Of a stretch of DNA of 64,000 nt, positions 1 to 14,620 are shown piece after piece. The number at the start of each line of letters is the position of its first letter. Position 1 is the stretch's first letter. The notes under the pieces are model-generated. The model saw nothing but the letters and a program-made list of their open reading frames with translations, was not told where the DNA came from and ran no database searches. This DNA is from Geosiphon pyriformis uo1. Taxonomy: Eukaryota; Fungi; Glomeromycota. A program made the position numbers and the translations under genes. The stretch is from positions 604,924 through 668,923 of the forward strand of contig JAAOMT010000514.1 in assembly GCA_016748015.1 (NCBI GenBank), in the 5' to 3' direction.

Positions 1-424
1 TATAATTACTATTGATTTAAAAAAAAACAAATATTTAACTTTATTTTTGGTAAAAACATTTTAATAAAATGATTAAAAGTAAAAAAATACTTAAATTATA
101 TAAATAATAATATTGTTAATGCTTTAACAAATAATATAATATACTTATTTTTTTTAGTTTTAATTTTAAATAAATTTTTGTTAATAAATAGTATTATGAT
201 TCCTAAAAATATTTATTATTTTATTTTAATATTTACAAAACAGTATTATGTTTAATAAAAAACTGATTTTAATATTAATAAAAAATATTAACAAAATTCT
301 AAAACTTCTTTCTCTCTTACCTTCAAAAATTCTCAAAAAGCACATTTTTTGTAAAAAAAAGTTTTTTTGTTTTTTAGTCTATACCAATATTTTTTTACCT
401 AATAATAACCCATTTTTCGTAAAT

Positions 425-2296
425 ATGGAAGCTACTGCTAATAGCACCACATCTAAAAAGAAGACTCCTAATGGCACTTTTTATGGTTCTGCTGACGGCT
501 TCTTTTCTCAGAAGAAGAAAGTTGTTCTTGGCAATATTAAACACTCTGGTAATAAAAGGAATATATTCTTGAGCAAATCTGGATCCGGTAATAGTATTTA
601 TTCTAATGTGGAAAGTTTATCTGATAAGAATGAGAATATTAGCATGTCTGAAACAAATGGTGGGTCTCTTTTGGGCTCAGCTGCTACTACATCCAAGACA
701 AAGCAAGTCAACACTGGTGCTGGTTTTGGTTCTCTGCTTGGCTTTTCTAACTTTTATATAGATGATAATAAAATTGTGCTCTCTTTTTGCTTGCCTATCT
801 CCCTTGAAAAGAAGTAGATTAACTCAAAAATTATTAAGACTCCTGTGGAAGTGTCAATTAAAAGATCATTCACTTTGGATATTAATTTCTCAGCTGTGGA
901 AGGAAAATTGGCGACAGCAAAAACTCAGTTAATTAAAAAAATTTTTTCAACAGTCAATGGTTTTAGGGGGGCCACTACCCCCTCAAAATTTGAAGGGATC
1001 ATCCAATCTATTTTCATTTCAAAAAAGAGCATGGAAATGGCCACATCATTGGCCAGAGAAAAAGGGATCGATGTAAACAGCAATCTCAAGAGACAAAGAA
1101 TTCGTTCAGATTGGGCTGTGGTCATCAAAGAAATTCTCATGAATACACCTAAGGAAATGATCATTGCTGTACTAGCCAAGTTTGGTGAAATTAAGTAAAA
1201 TTCAACTTATTGGATTATGGCAAAAAGCAGTGATAAAATTTGCTAAACTAGATTAGACTGAACATTTAGCTGCTAAATGGTCTTTTTTGATTGGGAAAAA
1301 TTCTGTACAAGTGGCTATAACTGTGAGAAATTGCAATACATGGGCATCTAAAGACTGGTTCAGGGCTTTGTTGTTTATTTTGCCTGTGAGAATGACTGCT
1401 CATGATTTGGGCACTCTTTTAAAAGGTGTTGGTGGAAAAACTTGTATTATAAATCATTCATTAGATTTCAGCAATAGGATTTGCTGTGCTGTGGTTGGCT
1501 TTGAGTCTGAGGATACAATGGAATTTGTTTATCATACTGAGCCAATATTTAGTGGTGTTAAATTATCTTAGGCTAGATTGGACTTAGTTCACTGTGAAAA
1601 ATATGGTTTTTTTGGCCATTCAGCTCTGAAGTGTAATACACCATCTCTGTTTATTACCAAATCTTCAAAATTGTTAAAAGAATTATTTCAGAAAACCATT
1701 GTCTTTAGCTAATAAAATTGTTTGCTAAAAAAAGTGTTTCTATTTCTAGACCTGCTGCCTTTGGTGACAAATTTTGGGCACAAGTGGTTTCACTTGCTTC
1801 TCCTTCTGGTGACCTTTATTTCAGCTCTAGTGCTAGGTCTGATCTTTCTCCTCCTGGTTTTTCAGGTTTTAAGAGAAACATGCTGGTTGTTCAAAGTGAA
1901 TTCTCAATTAATAATTGCCTAGCTTTGCTTGAATGTTCTTTAGAGTTGCTAGTTGATCAAGTGTCAGATATCATGTGTAGATTAAATGGTGTAAAGCTTG
2001 TGCCCCTAGTGCCTATTACTCAAGTTGTACCTCCAGCCACTCCTGTTCCTACATTGGTATCACCGGATACTGATATGATTCTGGATGTCCCATGGTCATC
2101 CCTTTTTCCCTCTTCTTTAGTGTTAGAAAACAAGGTGGCAGATTTAGGTCTGAGCAGTTCAAAGGTTCTTACCTCCAAAGTTGGCAGTTTGGAATCCAAG
2201 ATAATGGCTCTTGAGATTTCTATTGGCTCAATTTTGGGGAAGTTAGATCTGTTGTGCATAAATTCAGGTTCTCTGATGCACTCTTTGCATCAATGA
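425..2296 (+). pseudogene. LINE ORF1 remnant (RRM-like repeats, degenerate CCHC knuckle, predicted coiled coil)
   Basis: ORF fragments 248-817, 845-1198, 1287-1571 and 1718-2296 align collinearly with ORF1 of the other copies (NGFGGATTPSKFEG, VVIKEIP, GGKTC, SWAQVVS); broken by stops and frameshifts. Confidence 0.85.
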
Positions 2297-5200
2297 GTAA
2301 GCTTATTTGGAGAGTGACTACATGTAATGTTAGGGGTATGACAAATTTAGCTAAACAGGAAGACATTATCTGTTGGCATAAAGATTCAAGAAATATGATT
2401 TCAATTGTTACTGAGACTAAATTGAGATCTAATATTAGGTCTTGGATCATGAATAAATTTGATGGACTTTGGGTTTTTACTTTTGGTTTGAATATTGGGT
2501 TTCATGGTGCTGGGGTTGCCATAATTATGAACAATTCTTTGGCTTGGCATGTTTTAAAAGTAGATGAGGTTCCTAGTCATTTGATTTCTGTGCACCTTCT
2601 ATTCAAGAACAAACTTTCAGTTATGATCTTGGGTCTGTATGCTGGTGTATCCATTAGCACACAGTTTAGTCAAACTGCTGATATCAATTCTATGATTTCC
2701 AAGGCAGTCAATTCCAGCTCTTTTGTGGTTTTGAGTGGTGACTTTAATGAAAATAGGTCTAACAAAAGTGTGAGTTTCAAGTTCTGTTTGGGTTTGGGCC
2801 TGGTTAATACTTTTGATGGACACTTATTGGCCAAGATTTCCACCTGAAGCAATTCTAAAGATGTTGAGAAAGTGATTGATTTTATTCTAGTTAGTGAGAA
2901 TTTGGTATCTGCTATGGCATCACATTTTGTCAATGGTGTGTCTGAGTTTTTTGATACAGATCATAAGTCAGTTTCTGTTTCAATTGGTTTGGGTGGACTG
3001 CTGGATACACATTTTATTAGTGTTTGCAGACAAGCCAATCAAGACCAGTGGAGGTTCAAATTAAAAGATGCAAATAATGTTCAATGGTTAAGCTTTAAAG
3101 ATTGCTCTTCTGCCAAGTTTTTGGCTAGATTGGACATGTTTGAAGAGGCAAGAGTCAATAGTAACTTAAATACAATGTGGAAATTGTTGAAAGAGACCAT
3201 AATACAGACTGTTGACACAGTTTTCTCTAGGATATGGTATAGTGAGTATGACTGTTTGAAAAATAAACAATCTTCCAAATTCTTTAAATTAGAGCTGCTT
3301 GTTGCAAAGGTTGTGAAATGTTGGAACTTTGGTGATCTCCTGAATTTCAACCACCTTATTAAGATTTGGTTGGCTGTTGATACAGTCAAAGCTTCCAAGG
3401 TTGATAGCATGATTTTGAACAGTATAAGCTCAATGGAGTTGATTAAACATTTGTCAGTGATAAAGAAAGAGTATCATAAGTCCAAGTATTATAAGTCTAA
3501 GATTGTTGAAGATACTGCTATAAGGAAAGCAATTGATCATCATATAGAAAACTTATGTTCTGACAAAGGAAAGATGATAAAAAGCATTCTGGAATGTCCA
3601 TTTTGCAAGGTGGTTTTGGATTACTTGATAGTGGATGATGAGCTGGTGGTTGAGCCTAATAAAGTGAAGCTTAAGATTGACAAAATTATGAAAGAGTAAA
3701 CAAGGAAGTGATCAGTTCTTTCGGAAATACCTAACCTCTGGGCTTAACAATATATACCTCTGGATTTTTGTGGAAGAAAGCATGGGTTTCAATGATTTCG
3801 AAACCTTATAAGTGGAATGGTATTCTGACAAATACCAGACCTATCACATTGGTTGAAACAGCATGTAAAATACTATCTAAGATTCTATCTGATCAGATAT
3901 CTTTGGCTTGTAACAAGTTTAATGTTTTTCATGGTGACAATTTTTTAGTGTTAAAGAGTACTTCGATCCAGTCTTCTATTTTTGCTATTGGCTCAGTTGT
4001 TGAGAATGCTCTAGAGAAAAACAGAGAGCTTTGGTTAGTGTTACAGAATATGCACAAAGCTTATGATTTGGTAGGCTGGCATCATTTGCGAGCGAGCTTG
4101 CTTCGCATCAAAATATGTGGACATTTTATCTAATTTTTTGGCAACATTTATGGAGACTGGCTCAACAGGGTAATGACTGATTTTGGGCTCTCGGATGGTT
4201 ATAGAGTACATGATGGTTAGATCAAGGGGAGGTTTTTTCTTCACTGCTTTGAAGAATATTTTATGATCCACTTTTGTGTGAAGTAAAAAGGCATGAACAA
4301 TTATGCAGATATAAGATTGATTCTAGGTTTGTAGCAAAGTTTGGCAGGATTGAGACAAGTAGAGAAAAAACCTCCTTTTTGGCTGTAGTTGCTTTTGTTG
4401 ATGATACAATTTGGGTCAGAAGTAGTCAGGCATCTACACAATATATTTTGAATATTGCAAGTGAATTTTTTGTGATCAATGACATCTTAATTAATAATGA
4501 TAAGATGATAGCAATTTCTATTAATCAAGGGGTTAAGAATGCTTTGCTATTAATCAATGGAGTGCCAATTTCAATTGCTAAAAAGGGTGAGTCACACTAA
4601 TACTTGGGTATTTTTCTGTCAACTGAGGGTCTCTCTAAGCCTAGTTTGGCTCAAGCCCATAAAGATGTCAAGTTTTTTTCTAATATAGTGTTAAGAAAAG
4701 CTATTACAGACAAACAATTTTGTTATTTGGTTTTGGTGGTTTTGCAGCCCATTGTTAGCTATCATGTACAGTTCAGTTTTGTTATTTTAGATGTGTGTCA
4801 TAAGTGGGATATTATGATTAAAAAAAGTCTTAAAGCTAAAGCTGGTTTATCATGTGACTTCTCCAGTGAGGTCTTGCACCACCCTTTTTTATATGGATTG
4901 AAGCCTTTTGAGCAAGTGCAGTCTGAAGAAAAACTGGTGTTACTGATTTCATTTTCTAATGGCCACAGCATTTTTAAACATTTATTTGATCATAGATTTT
5001 TGAATTTGCAAGTTCTGGAATGGTCTCCTTTAAATTTTTTGCAATTTTCTGTTAAGTTATATGTTAGTTCTATTAACAATTTCTTGGCAGGAGTGGTGAA
5101 GATCTTTTTGGAGAATGAATTATTCTTGTCAAACAATTTACCTTGTGCCTTTTGTGGGTCCAGTAATTTCCCAATGTCTGGCATTCTGGATCAGTCTTTG

Positions 5201-6781
5201 TATTACAAATCCATTTTTTTATTAAAGCATTTTGGTCTTGCTTTTGGTAACAGAATTCTTAACAAGAAAAGAAAGGTAATGGACTGGAAAACATTTCAGC
5301 ATTGGAAGTGATTGGACCTGAGGGGCCCTGTGCCTTACTGGTTTTCTTTGACATCTGATTTTATAAACAATTATATTTCTTTGGGGGTCAGAGCTGCTAT
5401 TGCTACTAAGGAGGATATGCTGAGTGTTTTGGATTCTGATAGGTTCTCTGAAGTTCGTGATAGTCTGCTGAAGGTGTGGTCTGATTGTATTGAGATGTAT
5501 ATGGACAGATTCTTGAGATGTGCTGGTTCTGTTGAGGCAGTGGATGGAGCAGCTGCATACTTTCTAGCTGCAAACGTGGATATTAGGGTTAAGATCACTG
5601 GACTTTTGTCCTCTACTTTAGCTGAACTGCAAGCTGTGGTGTTGGTCTTGAAGTGTGTTCTATTCTCTTGCTTAGTAGTTTTATACTTGGATAGTTAATC
5701 TGTAATTGATGTCTGCATTTCCGAGGCTTCTTCGATTACACCTGACTTCCATAACCAATGTTAGATTGAAAAATTGCAAATTGTCAATCTCCTTAAAAAC
5801 AAGAATATTTCAATTAAGTGGGTAAAGATTAAAGGACATTCAGATATGTTGGGCAATATAAGGGCTGATACACTGGCTAATGAGGCTACTTCCTCATCTC
5901 TTTCTTTGCCAGTTAATATTTGGGAGAGGTTTTTAGTTGCTGAGAAGACTGCCATATTTGGCAATGTTTGTCATTTTGCTTGAAACTTATACTGGTTAAT
6001 ATGCTGTGCCTGTTGGGAAACTGGTTCAGGTTTTAGTATAGTTCTAAATATTATGATTAAGAAAATAGATTGGGATGCTACTGTGATGGTTTGGCATCCT
6101 GATTTACACATGCTTTCTGGGTTTACCAGTAAGAAGTTAGCTAATTTATGCATGTATTTGATGAAGACTGTATATAGATGACTGCCAATTGCAGTTAGAA
6201 AGAGGTTGTACAGCAGAAGTTATCCTGGTGTTTTGTGTTTGCTGTGTGGCAAAATAGAGTTCTCTGATCATGTTTTTGCTTGTTCTGGTAACTCTGGTCT
6301 CTGTGGGGACATTTTGGTTAAAGCTGCTGAAAAATGGATGTCGATGTCTGGTTTTACAAGTTCATTTCCATTTGCTATTTTGCTTTCGCTCTCATTATGT
6401 TCTTCGGATGTGGGTCTTTATACAGCAGTATGCAAGGGTTTTGTAATGAAAAATTGGTATGTTAAAGCTGTTTCAGTTTTTGAGGGAAGAAAAAAAGCTA
6501 CTCAGACCCTAGTAGAATTCATCAGATTTGTGGTGGAGTTGCAGCATACTCGAATATAGACTATTAAGACCAAGCATAGAATGGAGATAGAAAAGACTGG
6601 CTTGGTTGGGGATAATGGTATAGTTTCTGGCTTGTTCAGCAATGTAATTTCTACATTGTCAGCTGGTGTTGTCTGTATGCTTGGTGTTATAGAATCTTTT
6701 GCTGTTAAGTTTAATAGGTACAAATTGTGTCATTTTTTCTCTGGTTTAGGTAGTAATGCTTTTGTTGCTATAGGTGTATAG
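2293..6781 (+). pseudogene. LINE ORF2 remnant: APE endonuclease - RT - RNase H - CCHC
   Basis: APE motifs TCNVRG, ETKL, GDFN, IDFI, TDH. RT motifs TRPITL, LQNMHKAYD, AFVDD. RNase H motifs AELQAV, LDS, KIKGHS..GN..AD. C-terminal CLLC..E..DH..C. Many premature stops and an internal deletion at ~3767. Confidence 0.9.
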
Positions 6782-7612
6782 TGTTGCCTTGTCTGGCCTG
6801 AGTGGCTGGCTATATGTAGTCTGTGCATAAGCTGTGTTTAGTTGGTTCCACTTAATTTGGTTCTATGTACTAGATAGTGGTTGGGCTTTACTCGTAAAAC
6901 TTGTAATAAAAAAAAATATTAATATAATTGTTAATTTTATAATTAAAAATATTAATTAGATATGTACTTTATTAATATAATATCTTAATTTTTATATGTG
7001 TTTTGGTTTTATAAGTAAGTTTTTAACAAGTTTTTACACATATTTAATAAAAATAATTTATAAATAGTTATCTGTAATAATTAAAAAACATTTATATAAC
7101 AAATATTATTTAAAAGTTTTGTAGAAAAATAAAATTATTAAATTATATTTTTATATGTTAATTAAATACAAATAGTTATATTGATTTATTAATAAAACTT
7201 ATTAATTATTAAAATTTATTGATTAATACTTAATAATTATTGTTTTTAACTATATAGCTTTTTTTTTTGTGTTTTTAATAATAATTTATATATTGTTTTT
7301 TGTAAAATTTTGTTTTTAGAGTTTAATTTAAAAAAACTACTCATATTTTTAAAGATATCAAAATTATTATATTAAAATTAATTGTATTTATTAAACAACT
7401 AATTACAAATTACAAAAACTATATATAATTATATTAAGTTAATATATAAATCTGTATAAAAAAAAGTAATTTAGTTAATAATAATAAAGTTTTATCTTAT
7501 AATTTGCATAATTTATCAAGTAAATTTTTTAGTAATATAATATATATATTTAAAATTATTAAAACTTTGACAATAAATTTTGAATTTTATAATAAATAAA
7601 TATTTTTTATTT

Positions 7613-10600
7613 TATTTTATTAATACAATTTAACGAGTAAAGTTCAACTACTATTTAGTATATAGAGCCAGACTAAATAACCCAAACTAAACATGACTTA
7701 TGCATTTACTATATGTGGCTAACCACTTAGGCCAGACAAGACAATACTACATTTCTATATTAACTTGTACAGTACTACTCAGACCAAAAAAGAAATTACA
7801 TGACTTATAATGACTAAAGCTAACTGCAAAAGACTCAATTATACCAAACAATCTAATCATACTATTAGACAACAATAAGAACACACTATGAAACAGTTTG
7901 GAAATTACCCCATCATTATAAACCAGACCAACCTGCTCTATATCCACCCTATAACAACCTGAACATCTACTGCCTTTCTATTATCAAAAGTGCCATAAGT
8001 CTCTTTGCACTATTCTTTCAACACAAATCTTTTATACACCACAGCATACAATTCAATATCTAAAAAACATTGAGACAGAACTTGCAAAACAGCAAATGCA
8101 AACAAAATAGAACTATTAGACAAAAGAGACCAATGTGCAGAAGCTTTAGCCAAGACCTCACTGCAAACACCAACATTATGAGCACAAGTAAAAGCATAAT
8201 CAGAGAATTCCACCTCATCACACAACAAACACAACACACTAGGGTAACACTTGTCATATATCTTTTTTCTAACCACTATCGGCAACTGTCTGTGTACAGC
8301 CTTTATCAAGTATGTGTACAGATTAGAAGATTTTCGACTAATAAATCCAGTGAGCATATGAGAATCAAGATGCCATATCTTCGTCATAGCAGCCCAGTCC
8401 ACACACTCGACCAGTTTATGTGGAATCATATTACAACCAGAACCAGCTTCCCAACAAGCACAACAAACTGACCAAAAAATATTTCTGACAAAATAGTGAG
8501 CATTACCAGATACAGGTGTGTCTTCAGCCACCAAAAAGTGCTTACATACTCCAGCCAATAGTGAAAAAAGAGAACAGACAGCCACACCCACCATTAAATC
8601 AGCCATTACATTACCAGAGACCCCCAAATGTCTCTTAACCTTGACCCAAGCCACATTCAGATATTTCTTTCTGATTAAATTAAAAATGTGACATCTTTCA
8701 ATCCAGCATAAGTTGTGAAAATCAGATACAGCAGAAGACAATTCAGCTAAGTAAGCATTAATAGCAGTCTGGCTATTAAAATACACAAACACTATACTAA
8801 AAAATGAAACATATTCCAAGAACAGAGCAACAGTCTGTAACTTGGCTATTGTAGAAAACACAAGACCATGAACTAAAACACCAATACACAGATCCAAAAC
8901 CAGAAAATAAGCAGCTGCTCTACTAGTAACACCAGCAGAGCCAGCTTTTTTCAATAACCCATTAGTAAACACTTCAAAAAAACCAGACCAAATTTCATAC
9001 AAACTATTCTTTACAACAGAAAACTCATTAGACTCAAGAATATTTATAATACACAACCAACTGGGTTCTGCAGAGCCAAACAAAGAAGAACCTAGACCTA
9101 ATAAATGCTTAGATACAACCACAAACCAATAAAGAACAGGACCATGTGGATTTAATCTTTTCTAGCAATAAAAGGTTTTCCAATCTAACACTTCATCCTT
9201 CCTATTAAAAAGCCAATCACCAAAAACAAACCCAAAATACCTTAAGGAACAGACAAAATCGAAGTACAAGAACTTCCCAAGGATTAATAACAGTGGAAAA
9301 CAACCAGAACTACAAAAGGCATTCAAAAGATTGTTTGCTAAGGAGAGTTTATTGTCCAAAAAATTCTTTACTAATTCTGCTAAAAAATTATTTCCTGGAC
9401 TAATATGTAGCTTGACAGAAAACTTCAAAGAATTCAAAGGAGCCCAACTCAGAACCTGCAAGTCCAAGAATTTATGACTAAACAAGTGACCAAGAATGCC
9501 CAAAGTATTGAAAAAGGAGACCAAAGCAGCTACTTCACTTCAGACTGTACTTGCACAAAAGACTTCAAATCATACAAAGAGAGATGATGTAAAGCTGCAT
9601 TGGAAAAGTCATGGGGCAAACATGTTTTTAGTTTAAAACCCTTCCTAATCATAACATTCCACTTGTGACACATATTTGACAAAACAAAATTGAACTAAGT
9701 CTAATAACTGATTATAGGTTGCAAGATAGCTAACACTAAATAAGAGAATTGCTTATCCATAATAACTTTCTGGAACATAATATTAACAAAAAACAAACAT
9801 CAGAATGAGTCTTGATAATATTCAGCTTGGACAAGTTATCAGTAAACAAAAATATCCCCAAATAATGATGAGCTTCATCTTTTTTGGCAATTGTGATAAG
9901 TTAATCACAAATATTCAATGATAGAATCTTAATGCCCTGATTGATAGAGATAGCTACTGTTTTTTTACTGTTAATAGAAATGTTATTAATCTTAAAGAAC
10001 TTACTGGTAATATTCAAAGCAAACTGAGTAGATGCTTAACAGTTTTCAATCTAAATAGTGTCATCAACAAATGTGCCTGCCACAAAATAAGAAGTCATTC
10101 TGCCACTGTTCTTAATCCTGTTTGTTTTTGAAACAAACTTAGTATTGATTCAATACTCACACAAATGTTCATGCCTCTTAACTTTACACAAAAGTGGATC
10201 ATAAAAGATTTTCCAAAGAAAAGGTGAAAAGATCTCATCTTAATCCAAACTATTGTGCACTCTATAACTATCTGACAAACTGAAATCAGTCATTACTTTA
10301 TTAACCTTATCCTCATGTATACTACCAAAAAACTTGATGAACCTCTCACACATCTTGACACATCACAAAATATTCTTCAAGTGGTGCCATCCAACTGAAT
10401 TATAAGCTTTTTGCATATCCTGTAAGACCAACCAAATTTCCCTATTTTTCTCAAAAGCATTTTTAACCACTAACCCAATGGCAAACACCAAAGACTGTGT
10501 AGATGTACCCCTTAATACTAAAAAATTGTCACTTTAGAGGACATTGAATTTACTACATGCCAATAAAATATGATCAGACAAAATTTTTAATAGAATTTTT

Positions 10601-13600
10601 CTGGCAGTTTTGATCAGAGCTATGGATTAAATGTTCGTGAGAACTCCATCTCAGTCATAAGGTTTAGAAATCATCAATATTTAAGCCCTCTTTCATAATG
10701 CAGACACACTGTCAGAAGTTAAACATGTATTCAGCAGTTCCAAAAGACACTCCAATACTATCTTACTACCATGTTTTTATAATTTATTAAGAATACCAGA
10801 CAAACCAGTAGCCTTACTATCAGGCAGACCACTAACAACTGAGAGCAACTCACTCATACTGACTGCACACATCACACCAGAAAAAGCATCATTCCTAACA
10901 TAGACCAAAGGTGCATACTGATGAGCTCAGTAATCAGATAAAACCAAAGATATTGAACATTTTCTTGTCCAATCTTCCATGATTCTATCCACACTCAATT
11001 TTATCTCTTCTGGTTCCAAAACCAGTCCATTATTTATCACCAAGTAATTTAGAACCACCTTGCAAAAAAATTGCTTCAAAACACTTTAAATTATACTACC
11101 TTTATTAAAACAAAAATTTTCTATATGTCTTGCAATCGCTTTTCTAATAGAAGCTTTCTCAACCAGCCTTGACTCATGCATTTTAGACATTCTGTATTTT
11201 TTATGAGCCAATAATAAATGTTTGAGAGCTACTGCAGATTTCACTCTCAAACACAACATATTAGCAAAAGCACAAGCCTTAATATTATTTAGAGTTGACC
11301 ATACCTTTACAAGATGATCAACTCCAGACATGTCATCAGAGCTGAATTTCCTAACAACTTTTGCAATAAACTTAGAAGAATGTTTATTCCTTGAACACTA
11401 AAACTCACTGAACCAATGTTTTGAAAAAATCTCATCAGCTGACTCCACCATTATTTTCTCTAAAATTGTCTACATAGCATCTATATTACCACAAGATTCA
11501 GCATCAGAGAATTTATCAGCAACAACTAAAAGCTTGGCAGAAGTGCAATCCCTAAATTTAGCCCATTTAGAGTTGTTAGCATTCTTGATTTTAAACCTCC
11601 AATGATCCTTGTTAGCCTGTTTATGCAAGCTATTCAAACAAACATCCAAGAGTCCACCCAAGCCAATCAAAATCAAGACAGTATTGTGATTAGTGTCAAA
11701 AAAGTCAGATACAGAGCAGATCTGATAACTGGCAATGACAAAAGATAAATTCTCACTGACAAAAATGTAATCAATTGTTTTTTCAACTCTTTTAGAATTG
11801 CTCCATGTGAAAAAGTCTACCAACTGATAGCCAACAAATAAATTGACCAAACCCAAATTTATACAGAACTTAAAGCTTGCACTTCTTCCAGACCTATTTT
11901 AATTAAAATTCCCCCTCAAAACCACAAAAGTGCTGGAGTTAACTGTCTTCACAATTAAAAAGTTCACTTCCAAAGCTTAACCAAACCTAGTTCTAAAAGA
12001 AATACCAGTATATAAACCCAAAATCATAACCAAGAGCTTGTCTTTAAATAAAAGCTGGACTGAAAGAACTCAACTAGGAACCTCTTTCACCTTAGACACA
12101 TAACAAGCCAAAGAATTGTTCATAATCACAGCCACCCCAACACCAAAAAATTCATTATCCAAATTAGACATAAAGACATGCACATTTTCAAATTTATTAG
12201 CAATTTAAGACCTGACATAAAACTGCAATTTAGTTTCCATAATAAAAGACACAAGATTATTAGAATTTATATACCAACAGACAATGTCTACTTGTTTCAC
12301 AAGAACATTAATACTCCAAACATTACATGTAGCAAATTTTCAGACCAAATCATCTATGAGAGGGAGAAATTAACAAGAAACCTAAACTCAAACACAAAAT
12401 ATCCAATTTTGCCAAAACTGAATTTACCAATGCTTCCAAGACAACCATTTTTGACTTCAAACTGCCTATCTTAGAGGTTAGAATTTTTAAACTGCTTGGG
12501 CCAAAATTATCAGCAGACTTGTCAATAACAACCAAGAAAGGAGAAGCAACAGGTGGCAATACATCATTCACAGCCATATTTGAATCCGAAACCAAAGTCA
12601 CAGGCACAAATACAGTCAGAAAAGAAGCACAAAAGGAAGAAGTTAATGGCACCAATTCAACAAAACTCAACTTTTTTAAAATATCAGAAACTTGGTCAGA
12701 TAGGAACTCCAAGAAGCATTCTAAAAATGCCAAACAATCATTTAAACAAGAAATTTCAAGAAAATTGGAGTTGGACAGAGGCAATTTCACACCAGCAGAT
12801 AAGCCAGCACCAGAAACAACCAAAAAAAACACATGAAAAGAAGTACTACCAACAATCTGAGCCCAAATTTTATCACCAAAAGAAACTGAGCGAGCAATCA
12901 AAGCTTGCTTTTTTTTTATATGTTGGCCAAACAGACCCAATTCTAAAAAGTAACTATCTGTTTATCACAACCACCAGAATTTTCACTTATTGTATAATCA
13001 ACAGATATATGACCAAATTGTTCACATCAAGCACAACAGACCAAAGAAAGTCCAGTCTAATGCAAATTCACATCCTTATAAACTAAAATAGAACCAATAA
13101 CAGCCAATTTAAAAGTCTCATTATCAAAACAAACCACAGTGCATCTATCATGAACATATGATTCAGAATTACAGCCAATGAAACAAGTTTTTTTTCCATA
13201 TGACTCTAACAAATCTGACAAATCATGAACAGTAATGTCTATTGGTAAAGTGTACAACAAAGTCCAATAACAATTCCTAGTTACTTATAATTCTTTATCA
13301 TTAATAACTAATGCAACACAAACAGAATCCTTACCCATGAAAACTGACTATTTGGAAATAACTAAGCTAGTCACATCTGATAATTCAAATTCTACTATAG
13401 CCTTCTGCTAAAGCCCAATCAATTGCATCTTAATAAAAATTATCTTACCAAATTTAGAGAAAACTAATTCCAAAGCTGATTTGGGAAGATCTATGAAAAT
13501 TTTCTTGACAATTATTTCCTTATCTAAATGACTGTTTATCTTTCTGAGATCATCATTTACCATAATTTTCTCATGAATTGTCAAATCTTTTATCTTATTT

Positions 13601-14433
13601 ATACTAGATTCAAAAGTAAATGAAGCTCTAATGATCTCTGAAAATTTTGAGAGAGTTGACATCCCCCAAAACCATCAACACAATAGAAAATTTTTTTGAT
13701 ATTCAACAATTTATCACTGGAATGTTTTCTGGACATAGCAGAAAACTTTATGTCTAATGTGAATAATTTCATCGAATTGAAACTCCATTTCTCCAAAACA
13801 CATAACTCAACCAACTGAATTTGCCAGGAACCATTAAAATTAGCTAATAGGAGCATTAGGATATCATCATTATTATTTAAATTAACAAATGACAGAGCTT
13901 TTGGCAAATGACCTAGAACATAAGTCTGAGTGTGAGTTTTCTATTGCATTATGTTATCTATGTTTTTATTGACTACTAAAGTGTTTGAATCAGCATAGCT
14001 GGTTTTTTCAGCTATCATATTCCTCATACTCTCAATATCTGACAAACCACTAACACCATTAGCTTTATTGCCAATCTCACTTCTCCAAGACACCACTGGC
14101 TTTTCACTAAGCATACTCATATTCTTAGGTCTCAATGGACCAGTGGATAAGTTGACTATATTAGCATCTGGACCAGGTTTTTTCATTTCTTGTGAGACAC
14201 ATTTCGAGAATACATACTATCCACTCATTTTTTTTTAGTGTTCAAGTGGGTTCCCATACTAGCCAAGCCTGTATTAAAACCACCAGCAGAAATGTCTACC
14301 AGTTCTATTGTAATAAAAATATGTATATTAGAAGAAATAACTAAAAGATAACAAAAGAAAAAAGAAAAAAAAAGTGTTATTTCTATGATAAAATTTTTGC
14401 TCTTATTGTGGCCAGGGGATTGACAAAAAAAAA
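7613..14433 (-). mobile_element. LINE copy 2, full length, more heavily decayed (5'/ORF1 type B, ORF2/tail type X)
   Basis: Minus-strand ORF fragments match ORF1 (~14308-12350) and ORF2 (~12357-7747; TWSNSKRVEKTIDYI, KVKRHLG..GN, CLLCDEVE). 3' tail and A-rich end at ~7613-7746. Putative TSD taaatatt(t/a)tttattt at 7597-7612 and 14440-14455. Confidence 0.9.
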
Positions 14434-14620
14434 TTTTTTTAAATATTATTTATTTATTTTTTTGGTTTAGATAGAAATATTATTATTATATATAAGTATA
14501 TAATATAGTTTTAATTAATTTAAATAGCTAATTACATATAAAAAATATGTAAATTTTATTTAATTATAAATATTTAATTTATTTATATATACTAAATTAT
14601 AATTAGATTAAAAATAATTC

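Larger units (their letters stand above)
301..6916 (+). mobile_element. LINE copy 1: RNase H-containing non-LTR retrotransposon, full length but decayed (5'/ORF1 type A, ORF2/tail type X)
   Basis: 5' end aaaacttctttctctcttacc is shared with the copies at 37574 and 47868. ORF1 and ORF2 remnants are present, followed by a conserved ~130-nt 3' tail and poly(A) at 6908-6916. Degenerate TSD: aaaaatattaacaaaatt (281-298) versus aaaaatattaatataatt (6912-6929). Confidence 0.92.
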
